This document shows positions 1-13,539 of a stretch of 64,000 bases of DNA, in pieces. The DNA is from Trichoplax adhaerens (Eukaryota > Animalia > Placozoa), in the NCBI RefSeq assembly GCF_000150275.1, contig NW_002060951.1:1498297-1562296 (forward strand), read 5' to 3'. The translations under genes and the position numbers were made by a program. Under the pieces are notes generated by a model. The model saw only the letters and a list, made by a program, of their open reading frames with translations. It was not told where the DNA came from and searched no databases. Positions within the stretch are counted from its first letter, which is position 1, and each line of letters starts with the position of its first letter.

Positions 1-1185
1 TAGTTAAATATATTAAATATTGATTACTTATATTCACTGTTGAAAACTCAACTGGCCTTAAATCAAGGTTTGCAGATTAGCATAGTAATATCGTGGCTAA
101 TTACGTAACTGTATTTCGTAGCCATAATAACATTTCCGTAGTTATTTTACTACTAATGGTGAATAACGTCTACACGTTAAAGCTACGGTACAATAATTTT
201 ATTTCTACAAATTACTATGAGAAGAAAACATCTACATAAAATGCTATTTTATGCTATAGATAAAAGGTGCTGAATTGATATCTTTTAGGATTCAATCTCT
301 TTTAAAATTTAAGATTTAATATCTTTCATCCAAACAAACAACTTATGCAGTTAGTCTTGCTGCAATTCTCAGTATATTACAAATGTTGTTCAACCTTTTA
401 ATTCGCTTTCCGCCGAGGTTATGCATCAATTCAATTACTAGGTTAAATTGCAGCATTCACGAATAATCAAGTCATCATAAAGGTTTTCAATATTGATTTC
501 TACTTCCATTTTAATCAAAATTGAATCTTAAATATACGGTAGTCTTTAGTTGATATGACAATTGTGACATGGTACGTACCTTGATTACTTTATTTTTATT
601 TCCATTGTTTCATACAAATCAAGTTATAGTAATTGAAGTCCAAGCATAGAAATAAAAATCATCAGTTTCGTCGAATAACTGAAGCAAAATTTTACAAAGC
701 AGAATCATAAATTCGCTCCCTTAGTATCTAAAAGACAATAATAAGCGTAATTAATTTTACTGACGTCATTTGTAATCAATTTAAAATTTACTAACAGAAA
801 TATACTAAGTTATAAGAAATATTGACTTTTCATAGTCAAAACTAGACATTGACATTTCGATTTTATATTATTTATACATACTGACAGATTAAACAATTAA
901 CCCGTGGGTATCGCTACAGATGAAGTTGAGCTGTTCTCAATTATGCAAAACTGTCAACAAATTGAAATCATATTCAATCTTTTTCCAGTATTATCTACTT
1001 ATAGTAAATACTTGTATGATTCAATCTTTGCATCAATTTACACTTTGTATTTTATTACACTGCACATTGTTATTACCAAGGTATAAATAAAAGCAACATC
1101 AGTAATACGAATTCATTAATCGTTTTTCGAACTGTCGTAATTTTGATCATTTACGTGATATTAACGACATCAAGAAGTTAAGAAT

Positions 1186-4100
1186 ATGATTAAGAAAGAC
1201 CTTTACTCAACTTCAACACTGTGTTTCTGTTATTTGGCGTTATGTATTCTTCCAGTTTACTCGTCTGGTACCAAGACGCCGTTACATTTAGGAGGTACAT
1301 ATCCAGCAAGTTACGTCTACCTTAAAAGTTCGATGAAGATGATGAAAAATGTAGCAGATATGGCAATACGTGATATTAATGCGAGAAGCGATGTTCTCGA
1401 GCAGTATGAACTCAAGCTAAAGTTATTAGATGACGGGGTAAGCACTTTGCGTTAACGGTTAATCGTGCTCATGTGTCTTAAAGTTTCAATTTTTTCTATA
1501 ATATTAATTCTTAAATACGGCAACGGTTGTGGACATTACATATTTTCTCCTAGTAGTATAACAAAATTATTGCTGGAAAAGTCTTTGTCAATGAAGTTCT
1601 ACACGGTCCACAACTTATGGCTTTACTGGGACCTTATACGTCTCATTCGTCTTCAGTGGTTGCTACTATAGCTCGTTACTGGAATCTTATTCAGGTTTTG
1701 ATGATAGTTTATTATTACTTGTAATTTAGACTGATTTCCTTTGATATCTCTAGTTATTTTTCTTATTTTCTGATGCTATAGCTGTCAGCTGGGGCCACAT
1801 CAACACAATTCAGCAATCGAGAGGAATTTCCCTACTTCTATAGTAGCCTATTGACGGATATTACATATAACTCTGTTCGTGTAGGATTAGTGAAAAGATT
1901 TGGATGGAAAAGAGTAGCTATCTTGTATCATAGCGATGTATTATTTGACAATGTTAGTAAGCGTACTGACATATCTTAGCGTGGTCTATATTTCATAAAA
2001 TATGAGTATCCATCTATCCATATGTGTGACATTTATCGATTTAATTAATTATACCCACACTTTAGTGTAGTATTACAATTATTCTTTACTATAATTTGAA
2101 AGTATAAAGTTTAATGATCGATGTATTTATATTATAGGGAGCCCAGCACTTGCAAACAGAATTGGAGAAGGCTAGTATCAATATTATTGCAAGGGAAACT
2201 TTTGTCACTGAACCTGATTTACAAGTTAAAACGTTAAAGGTAACAGTGAATGTCAAAAAAGAATTTTGTATTTTAATTTAAAATTTTGATTATTGAACGT
2301 AGCTACAACCTAAGTTATGTTTCTAAATGGAATATCAAACGATATCAAAGCAAGAGATATTGCCCAATAAAATGAAAGTGAGATCACAGACGTAATTTAC
2401 GGGTGCTTCAATACTCTGATCGCGAAGGCGATTACACTATTTGTACTTGCTATTGTACAGAAGCACTTCTTAAATAAATCTTTTTGGAAACGATATAAAA
2501 AAGGGCATCGCAGCTGATAACAGCACTAATCATAAATAAGCGACTCTTACGTAGCATAATAAATTGCTTTATTCAGTGCCAATTTGAATAGCTTAAATAG
2601 CGCCGGCATTAATATTCAATTTTATCGAATACAATTACGATATTTTTTGATATTTTCCTAGGAAAAAGGTGCTCGAATTATTTTCCTGTTTGGTTATCCT
2701 CGCATAATGGCCAGAGTTTTTTGCCACGTAAGTTATAGGATATTTTATTGTTTAATTTTTTAATTTAATATCTAGTTACCATAGTTTATAAGCTGAGCAA
2801 TCTGGTAGTAATAAAGCCAAATTTCTTTAGCAGCTATTGTCATACCTTGCTATGCTAAAATATCTGATTAAAAATTAAATTCTTTTTGTTTTATTCTTAT
2901 CTGAATCAATCCTTGTTTAATTTAAGTTACGCCTTATAAATGCCAAAAATACCTTTTACTTCTTATCATCATTGATCAGATATAAAATACCAGTACTTTA
3001 ATCTTTAGTCCTTCAATGTAATTGTTTTACGGTTTTTATGGAACTATAGTACTTTTTCATTGTATGTACATTGTACAGTATAAGGGATTACTCAAAGGAA
3101 GTATTACACATCTTATTATTTTTCATATTCTTACTCACTTAAACTGGGCTAAATTGGAATGGATAAATTTACAGTTGTTATTTTCTTACTGAAAAGAATT
3201 TTATCATAAAATTAAAACAATACTACACTTTCGATTTATAATAATTAACAATCATTATTTTACGCGATTGTCACATAAATCAAACTATAGGATAGTGTTC
3301 AGGCGGAATTAAGGTAACTTTATTTTGAATAAAAACACACGAAACCATGTTTATTGTTATCGATACATAAAATCTCGTGGTCCTTCCTGTTCAAAAGAGC
3401 TTCAGGTCAAATATCATTTATCATTTGTTCCAGATTACCTCAAGTATAGTAGATTGCCTTGAATGATTCAACGAGCAAAACATTAGCATTGATTCCAACG
3501 TCAGATGTTGACGCTCGTATTATCAATATTCTACAGTATTTACCCTTAATAGAAGGCTATTATTCCTCTATTTTCACACGAATTTTTATAGACATGAAGC
3601 TTTTAATAACGGTCTTCAAATAGTAGATCGCCATTGATTTAAATTTTATGCCCTAGTAAATTTTAAAAAGAATAGAATAATGTTCATATCTGGTACTCGT
3701 ATTATCAGTATTCTATTTAATCTTTAAGAAAGCTATTATTTCTTCATCTTCATATGAATATTTGTGGATATGGAGCTTTTAATAACGGTCTTTATATATT
3801 AGATTGCCATTGCTATAAATGTGATGTCTACGTAAATCCTATAATTTGATGAATGATATTTGCATTTGTGTATTGATCTAAGTAATTATTCTCATCAGTA
3901 CGGTACGGTCTGCTCCTATGTTGGTTAAATTATGAATATATACTATAATGTTGTCAAGTTACATTGCAAAATTTATTAAGAAATGATTGGATCTCAGCTA
4001 CTCGAACAATTAAGAGAGCATAAACCGAATAACTTCGTTTACAAATCTGTTAACCCATGTTTTATGCATTATAATTATTGAAGATTTATTTTTTCACATA

Positions 4101-7100
4101 GCCGATATTACATGATTTGATTAACCATAACTTTATTCGTAATATATATTAATTAAGTGCATATTAAATATATGGTGGTACAAAATTAAATCAAATATGT
4201 CAACCTTTATTTGTTAACAAAGAGACTAAAATAGAGATTTGCTTTGGTTTATTATCTTATTCACTGTGTTCTCCAGTTCCAACGATAACTTTTGATGGGA
4301 TTCTCAGTTTTTCAATTTTTTTTTTCTAATGAGTCTCAATAAGCGTCTTAGGGGATGTGCTATTTACATTACAACGTTGTATCGGCATTAGTCTTAGGCT
4401 TGGAACCATTTCTACATAGTATATTAATCTAATCAATCTTTCGACAACTGAAAAGGAATTTATACTTCCGTTATCGTCATTGTAATATTAAATTTATTAG
4501 TTTAAGTATTGAATATTGCGTTATGTGCTGCTAAAAATTCCTTAACGCAACGTAATATGATTTAGGCTTACAAACTTGGCATGTATGGAGAAAACTATGC
4601 TTGGTTTGGCTCGATCTTTACACAGAGGTTATGGTGGAATCGCTTTGCACCATTAACTAACTGTTCAGCTTACGAAATCCTTCAAGTAGCCAAAGGTTAC
4701 ATAGCCTTTCGTAACACGAATGCTCCACTCCTTTCTGATTTTAACACAATGACCGCTCCGGGACTTGTAAGTTGCATATAACATGATACTTATTGATTAG
4801 GAATGATGAGCAAACCATGATTGAGCTCTATCTTTTAAAATCCGTAAATGTTTTGCTCTAATTTCGTAAAGTGACTAAACCATATTAAATTATAGGGTTT
4901 AGTAAGCTAATGCATAAAGTAATTATTGGTTGTAATTGTCTTTTACTATAATTCTTCTTATAGACATTTCAAGAATTCTTAGATAATTATGATAAATTTA
5001 CCAACACAACTCGAAGTAGTAGTGACGATTATCCGAATCCTTTGGCTTACGATTCATTATGGTGTCTTGCATCAGCTCTAAATGAAACAGATAATAAATT
5101 ACGGCAACTCAATTCAAGCCTCGCTGATTTTAAATACGACGCCAAGATAGCAGAAATATTCAATATTGCTATTCAAAAGACTAGTTTTTTAGGATTAACC
5201 GTATGTATAAAAGTGTAGATAAGACTTTATGATCTTTTTCTAGACGGATTCGTACGCACGATGATATCAATTAAATTGAGGATATAGTTGTAATAGTGTA
5301 CCATAATTGGTAATTCTATCCATACTTAGGAAAATTTGAATTTTAATGTTAATTCAAAAATTAATTATGATGAAACATTACCAAAGTACGAGTAGTAAAT
5401 TTCCTGATTTGGATCTTAAATAAATTATCTCTCATAAAAGGGTCCGTTCAGTTTTTCAAGTGGAGCAAGGGTTGGGAATGCCTATATACAGCAGTTCCGA
5501 GGTGAGAATAAGAATATAAATGATTTTTATACCTAGGGTAGATTTATAGTAATGTTAATGTACTGGCTGTAGAAATGATTTCTGATGTTAGCGAGCCGTT
5601 TAATCTATAATTGTTAGCGATTATAAATTTCTGCTGTGCGAGAATCTTTATAACATGATCTTAGTAATGTTACACTAAGTAAAAGAATGTGAGTAAATGG
5701 TTATTTTAATAGTTATCGTAATCGTAAATAATCCTATCATAGGCAATATTTCATCTACTGGATTAGTTGTGGTGGGATCGTATAGGAGTGTAGGTCAAGT
5801 GATAACTTTTAATGAAAGTGAACCACTTATTTGGCCAGGTATATTCCTTAAATTTTTTCCAATGGTTACCATCTATAATGAAGTGTATACTTTAGTTTTA
5901 ATCGTAAGTATTAAAATCTTTATTCCGCAGGGGGTCATGTTCCGTTCGATGGATTTATAACTAGCTACTTGGAAAAGTACATTACCATAGGGGTATTCGT
6001 TGCTATGTCAATTTTATCTGTGATTGGTATGATAGCTGCCCTTACATTTTTGTACATCAATTATTTGCATCGCAATTTGCGGTAAATGTCGTACTAGTAC
6101 ATCATATCATTTGGCCAATCTTGCAAATTGGCCTATAAAATTTATATTAAAGGGATAAATATACTCGATAACTTATCTCAACTGTTTTTAATTCGTTTAT
6201 GTTAGGGTTATCAAAATGTCAAGTCCAAGAATAAATAATCTCATATTAATTGGTTTTATATTATGCTTTGTGGCTGTTGTTATGTTTGGAGTAGACTCTG
6301 GTACAGTTAATAAAATCTATCTACCAGCGATTTGTACTGCTCGTGTTAGTCTATTATCTTTAGGATTTACACTATCATTCGGCGCTATGTTCGCTAAAAC
6401 TTGGCGAGTCCATGTTATTTTTACAAACAAGACGAGTACAAAAGTGGTAATTAACTTCTTTTTATTTAATTTAACTCGAATTTATTCGTATACTCTTGTT
6501 AAATAACATTTCATCATACTATACAGTAGTGTTTAGATCAAGATTTCGTATTCTATAATGCTAGTATAACAACGAAATAGCTTTACGATTCGATTAAAGT
6601 TAATTTACTAAAGTACTTTGATGTAATTTAATATATTATTAAAGGTTATCAAAGACCATTCTCTTTTTGGTTTAACATTCTTGTTATTTGTGGTTGATTT
6701 GATTATTTTGGGAGTATGGATAGCTATTGATCCGTTTACAGGTCAATATGAAAAGTTTACATCCTATGTAAGTTATTCTTATTATTTACAGTATATTAAA
6801 TTTAAACGGTCGCATAAATTTTATTGTATTTAATAGAAGTAATAATCAATTATTTATTATAAATTTGTTGAATGTTTGTACTTTATTTAAATAATAGCCA
6901 TCTAAGCTTGGATCCAATATTATTATACAACCGCAAACGATGATTTGCAGTTGTCAGTATAGTTCTATTTGGCTAGCAATTATCTACGGATATAAATTTC
7001 TGTTACTTGTATTTGGTACATTTTTGGCATGGGAGACACGAAGTGTTTCGATTGCAGAATTAAACGATTCTCGTCATATTGGATTAGCTATCTATAACGC

Positions 7101-7565
7101 TGTTATATTCGCAACAATCGGTGTATTAGTGGGTCAATTGACACAAACTGGTATAGATGGAGGATATATTATTAATTCGTCATTTATACTAATTTGTGCG
7201 ACATCTAGTATGTGTCTTTTCTTTATACCGAAGGTAAGGATAACTATACTAAGCGTAAATAGAGATTTCGAGATTGCCTTGGTACTGTAGCTATAAGCAA
7301 TAAATTTTAGATTAAAATATTGGAAGAGTTAATGTAAGGTTTATTTATAATTAATCGATTACTATATTATACTGATTTGTGAACTTTTCATTTATTATGT
7401 TGTGTTTCTTAGATTCAGCTTATCAGAAGCTCGAACTATTCTATATTGTCAATGCGCACTAGAGAATCACTTCGAAGACCTCAATCAACTTTGTTCCAAG
7501 TTAATGGCGGAAGCACTAAAAGACAGATGACTGGAAATGGCTCTCAAGTAGATAGTTTAGCCTAA
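1186..7565 (+). CDS. GABA-B receptor-like class C GPCR, paralog 1 (signal peptide, Venus flytrap domain, GB2-like 7TM, short tail), ~775 aa
   Basis: 14 in-phase GT-AG exons: 1186-1437, 1557-1694, 1782-1952, 2138-2239, 2662-2727, 4566-4766, 4964-5200, 5441-5501, 5743-5838, 5931-6081, 6206-6446, 6645-6767, 6898-7233, 7413-7565 (2328 nt). Family motifs: ARYWNLIQLS, FGWKRVA, PLAYDSLW, IKMSSPRINNLI, FGAMFAKTWRVH, YGYKFLLLVFGTFLAWETR, LNDSRHIG, FFIPK. Confidence 0.93.
3514..3840. repeat. Diverged tandem duplication (~182-bp unit, 2 copies) in intron 5 of paralog 1
   Basis: ctcgtattatca(a/g)tattcta...gctattatt...agcttttaataacggtctt...agat(c/t)gccattg occurs at 3514 and again at 3696. Confidence 0.8.
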
Positions 7566-8520
7566 AATATTGCCAAACAATATTAGTTTAGTGTTTAGTC
7601 AAATAAATAGAGCGGATAGATTATAATTTCCAAAAGTAAGCTGAACAATTTTCGCTTTTATAAATATGATATATTAAGCGGCAAATTTTAATATTCTTCT
7701 AAGAATTTACCTACTATATCGTAGATAGATAAATAATAACGATATCTATATTATAGTATATTATAGCATTAAGATTAAAGTGTTTATTCTAGCAAATTTT
7801 AAAATGTAAGCAATTCGTTAAGATTATTATAGGATCGCCTAACTTAATCATTATTGTGTTGTATTTCGCATTATAATCTCATTTTAGTATTTAATAATGA
7901 TGATCAAATGAATATATAATATACATTTACGGAAAGCCTCCACTTTTCTGTTCTACTCACTAATCCCAGATCAATATTTACGGCGTGTTTTATGTCTTTC
8001 GATTAATGTAAACTAGAGATAATCGTATCTGATATGATTAATATGATATATCTTTCACCTATTCGCCTATAGATTTGCACCTAGATCATATATGCTTGTT
8101 TTTACAGTTCTTCTGACATAAACTAAATAGGTCTGATGGGTAGTAAGCCATGCAAATAGTGAAAAATTCAATTGATAAAGGACTAATACAATAGATAGCA
8201 ACACCTTAAATAAAATGAAATGTTGAAATACTCTGATGATGATTATGCCCCTTTCAGTGTGGAATTAATAAGCCTAAAAATATTATTAAGCTTCTAATCC
8301 TAAAACAAGTACGGTATCTTGTATTCGTAATACTACTAGATTTGTAGCATTTATAATTAATTGCCGGATATTTCTGCGATCATAGAGATAAATTATATTA
8401 CTTATGTTGCCATGTGATATAGTAAATAATTATAGCTGATTTGTACACAAGACCAGGCGCGTAAAATACCGGTAGATATTGTAATGATATGACGTGGTAT
8501 ATAGTATTACCATAGGCATC

Positions 8521-10735
8521 ATCCGTTACATTTAAATTCAGGAGAAACAAGTATGTTCACTCATAATAGCAACTTATAATGGAGTTACAAGTTTGTTATG
8601 GCACTTTATACAGCGGAAATGAATTCTAAAAATAATAATGTTTTGATGGTAGCATTATCTACTAGATGCAAAACTGAAAGAAGATGGATCTAGACTACAA
8701 CCAATAGGAATTCTTGTATATTCATAAAAAAGGTTCATTATGCTTTAGTTTACATCATGACATACTGAAAGATCAGGAAATTAAAAAATTAAACTAGAAT
8801 AAGACCTTTAAATCTATTACGTGTTATAAGTGATTTCATTACTTCCTAATGAAAGTATTTCATAGACTAGATAAGGACTACTTATCGCTTAATTCCATAC
8901 CGAGAACGATGTTATAGAATCAGTACTTACATGGCAACTAAGATTAATCAACCATATCAAATCTGCTAGATATTCGGGCAATGCTGGCTTTAGTGAAAAG
9001 AAATTGATAGGAAATTTGATTATGAAATTTGCAATTAGCTCTGTTATAAATATTTGAATAAGTATTATTCAAGCAGGAAATAATTGGTGGTCATGGGTTG
9101 AGAATTTCGACGGAAATTTAAATTGTAATTCCACCTAACAATTATCAGATCAGATCAGTCAGCTATAATATATCTTGATCTTTAATCATTACATTAGAAT
9201 ATTGAACAGCAAAGTAATTAATTTTATTATTAGTATCATTATTGGTAACAGATATATTGCTTTATAGATTCTAATTTTAAAGTATACGATCAATAAAGTT
9301 GAAAAACAATAGTATCTTAAGGTTGCAGCCAGTCTAAATAAATATTTGCTGCGTGTGTATTATAGTGCTTAACTTATATTGACATCGTTTTATATTTATT
9401 TACATTTTCTTTTTATTTTTCTCGGAAGCTTAACTAAAAATAATCTTGTATGCGATACGGTCTTAATTATTATTGCAAACGTTAGATATTTATACGGATG
9501 GCATGATAAAAGAAACTCGCCATCGATTGATAGTGAACAGGCAAGTTAAATTTCTGAAGTGAACTTGTCTAACATCTGCGATTTCGATAATGTTATTATT
9601 GCAGGCATGATTTTTACCGTTTTATAATAATAATGAGAACTGGTGTTGCTGGTGGCATCAATAGTTATTACTTAGTTAATAATTATAGAGTATCACATGA
9701 AATTCTTTAATAAAGAATTTATAATTGTATATTTTGTTACGAGATAAATTTTTTATAAGCTCTAATTTGGCCATGTTTCGATTATATTTTAAATTGAATA
9801 TTTAATTCTATGCAAGGTCGTAAATAGCTGCTTAAATATGATCCTATTGCCTGTAAGACCAAGATGCGATTCTAAAAGATTATGAAGTACCGTTACACGG
9901 ATAAATCAATAGTCTAGAGCTATGAATTCGTTCCTTACCAGACTTTATATTCAATTCTCCTATCTCGTTATTCTTTGCATTTAAAGTAGATGTGATCAAA
10001 ATGTATCTATTTTTAAAAGTGATCATTATGAGCAGATTATTAACTTATGACTTGTTGAGACCTATTACTAATACCACATTTAATGGTGCATTACAGCAGT
10101 TTCACTTACAATAAATTTCTGCCTATGAAAAAAGTTTTAATTTCGTGTTAGTAAATTAGTGAAAATCAATTGTTTGTGATCTATGGATCACTTAATTATA
10201 ACTTCTCCTATTGAGGCATTGAAAATATCAATAAAAAATTAGTCCAGTCCGATCTTTCTATTGATAAATTCCGCAACATATTAGATTTTAAGATAGTTCA
10301 CGTATATTAAATTCTGTTAAAATATTATTAATCTGCTCCCGTGCATTAATCCTTGTGACTGATATCGAATAATTGATGCAGTTGTTGATTGAGTTAACAG
10401 CGCAATGCGTGACAATATATAATATATAGGATATTATAAAGCATTATAAACACTTATTGATGCTTTTAAAGATTATGAAATACCGATCATATGCACTGAT
10501 AGCTTAAATCAACTTGTCATCGAACGTATAGCTTATATTTTTGTTTTTGTTCAGCAAGATAACAATTGAATAGTTTTATAATGAAACAAAGTATGGACAC
10601 ACATTTTATTTATATTATTGTCGCATAAAGTACTTCCATGTCTTCATTTTAGAGATTTTCAAAGTTCGCTATTAGGAATTCAAAGTTTGGGAATTAAATT
10701 AATTATATTCAAAATATCTTTTTTTATACCTTCGT
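8521..10735 (+). pseudogene. Decayed GABA-B-like paralog relic (psi-A)
   Basis: Colinear fragments. ccgttacattta (8523) is identical to paralog 1 exon 1 (1279). MAL..EMNSKNNNVL resembles MAIRDINSRNDIL. HYLLDAKLKEDG (8653-8688) resembles QYELKLKLLDDG. *ISIIQAGNNWW..LNC (TGA at 9055) keeps the W-x9-WW spacing of exon 6. SFFIP near 10720 resembles LFFIP. Stops and frameshifts are present. Confidence 0.5.
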
Positions 10736-11014
10736 AGATTATAATATAAGTTATTGCATTATTACTTCTGTTTTATTATAAGTATATAGCACCATTTATT
10801 TTAATATAGTTTAGTAGATGTGATGAAATTTCTACTATTATTGATAAATTTGTCAATAGTCTCGTAACTTAATTAATATAAAATTTGTAAAGATCTTAGG
10901 TGAAAAACGATTAGATACTTCTGCATCATGAGTCAATTGAGTGGTAATATTAGGTATTAAAAATTGTAGAATGGTTTTGTTTCCAGTTTTACCTCAAATA
11001 AACCAATCGATGTT

Positions 11015-13005
11015 TTGGCATTATTAAAATAATTTCATCACAATGATCACATTATCTTAATCACTACAAAAGATTACCGTCTTAGATTCGAAAGAAATGA
11101 ATAGTGTAAAGATTATAAAGAATTAGCTTTTCATCTAAAAGGGAATTTAAAATTTACGGCCCAAAAGCTTTCGGGCATCATTAGAGCTATTGTTAAGAAG
11201 AATTTATTCTCTGAGCCTAAACCGCAAATTGGTGCTATAAAGTTAGACATTGCGAACGGATATTTTTGTACAAGTATCTTTTGTTAGAGTTTTTCGAGGA
11301 TAATTTAAGTTAATGAACTATATATGGAAACAATATCATTTACATACAGAATACAAGATTAAAACTGGTTTCATAAGATGTATATTAGTCGTCTTCAACA
11401 ACTTAAAAGAGAAATGATGTGTAATTTGGTATTTTTTAGTTAATAAATCGTGATTGATGTCATTAAAATTTGTTTAATACCGTTATATAGATTTATTATT
11501 AGATCAAGGGCTATAATTTGGAGGCCTGAACTACTTTGCATCAAACAGCATTTTATAATTTAAAGAACTCAGATTAGTATTCTGGAAAAGTGTAATTGTC
11601 AAAGCATGTATTTCCAAACACCGCAAATTTTGTAAAATTATTAGATACTTTATAAAGTAGGGTTATCTTTAATCATTTGATAAAAATTTAGTTCAAGAAG
11701 AATTTTATGAGTAAAATTGTTGTAAGATATTTAAACATGATAACCTCGAATCACCATATTATATTTTGAACATTCTCCTTAAAGTAGCTCGAATTTTCTG
11801 TAATATCATTTAGCTGACTAATTGTTGACCATCAAAGGTATATGGAATCCTGTAAAGATATCTTATAACAAGTTCTACTGCAGGTTATTTCGCTGACTGA
11901 AAATGATTACTACTGTTATCAATACGACAGTTCTATCACACTTTATTTGTCTTATTTACTAACCTATTTGTGAAAGGTTATAGCTAATATTTTGGCCGTT
12001 GTTGTATAATTTTAGGGTGTTTAAGAATTTAATTACATAATGTAGTTACTTATTGCCGTGTGGTTAAATGATTATTGTTTACTTTAATGACATGTTTTCT
12101 TATAAAAATCATAACATATATCATTCCAGTAACATCCAGTCGCAATATTAATGTCTCTCTTAGATATTCATAGTCCTTCAATACTAGACTTAGCTACAGG
12201 TCAACAGCATAGAATGTAGGACTAATATTAAGCATGTTGCCTTAAATGTAGACCACGTTAGTAATGATGATATAATCAGATTCAAGTGATAGCATTTAAA
12301 GTAGTACTTTCTTTTACAATGTTCTATAGATAAGACATTGAATTAATTTTTTAAACCCGAACAATAGACGAATAGCATAGACTAGTAGAATGACTGCAAT
12401 AGAATGTCACTTGTTTACTTAAGAAAAATAAGGATGTTAAAATAAAATTTGATTATCAAATAGTATGATTATCACTTGCACTTCAGGTATAAGCTTTTGA
12501 AAAATATTATAAAGTTCGTTTATATTTTCTATTGGAAAAGTACTTCCTTCATGATATTTGTTATGCGTCTATACTGGTAGCTATCTATTAAGCTAAAGGT
12601 ACCAATGCAAATTAGATGATAACATGGTTCCTTTGCAAATATAAGAGTTTTCTTTATCTGTTATCTAGTTTATTGCGAATATTCAGTATTATCTATACAA
12701 TTCAAATATAAATAGTAATAAATGCTGAGGAGAAAATTTTCAACATCTTTCGTGCGCCATAATTAAATCACTATTTGACTATCACCGCAATGCTTGACAA
12801 AAGCAATTTCCTCGCTTTTTATGTGGCCTATCTTAAATAACTACATTCTTATTTTTATTGTGCGTGAGAAGAATATATGACAAAGTTGCTCACAAATAAT
12901 AACTTCATTATAATGTCATCTATTATCGAACAGCTTTGATTTTTTCTCAATTATTGTGCTTAGGTTAAATTTTATTAGTGTTGGTCATTATTTTACTAGC
13001 AGTAA
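11015..13005 (+). pseudogene. Possible further decayed GABA-B-like relic (psi-D)
   Basis: Weak colinear matches: KDYRLRF (~11070), YGPK/LSGII (11155; cf. YGPQLIALL), WKSV (11583; cf. WKRV), AGYFA (11880; cf. KGYIA), LRLNFISVG (12959-12985; cf. ARVSLLSLG). Confidence 0.3.
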
Positions 13006-13539
13006 ATTTTACTTTATAACACTACTAATGCTGTTTCTGAGGTAGGATAGGTTATAAAATTGAAGTACTAGACGACTGCGATAGGCTTACTTGAATATAT
13101 TGGGCTAAGAGCTGTAATACATCTTCTTACTAGTGTTCAACTTCAGTTTTACGTTTAGCACGCAGGAAATAATTTCACTAACGCGATAATGCTAAAAACT
13201 GATCATATATCAATATTCTGAAAAATTGCTTAAAATAATTTTATCGGTCAGTGCAGACTTTCTAAGATCTTTCAGCTAGTAGATTATGAATACAAGAAAG
13301 GCTTACCTATTTTTTATATTTTAGTATAGTTGTACAAGTATACTCAATATTTAAATACTTGACTTAGCAGAGAATGTCAATTATATTTAGATAAAAATGT
13401 AATACTTCAAAATATTTTAGTATTATTTTATCGATAATTACTCCAATCTGGAGTTAATAGCCATCAGTTGATAAGTTTTAAGTAAATCTATTGAATTCAG
13501 ATAGTGAGAATCTTTTGCAAATTTGTATTTCTAATATAT

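Noticed and set aside
340-445. TM7-like stretch YAVSLAAILS...FPPRL, possibly the tail of an upstream paralog relic
   Set aside because: Too weak, and the supporting context lies outside the window.
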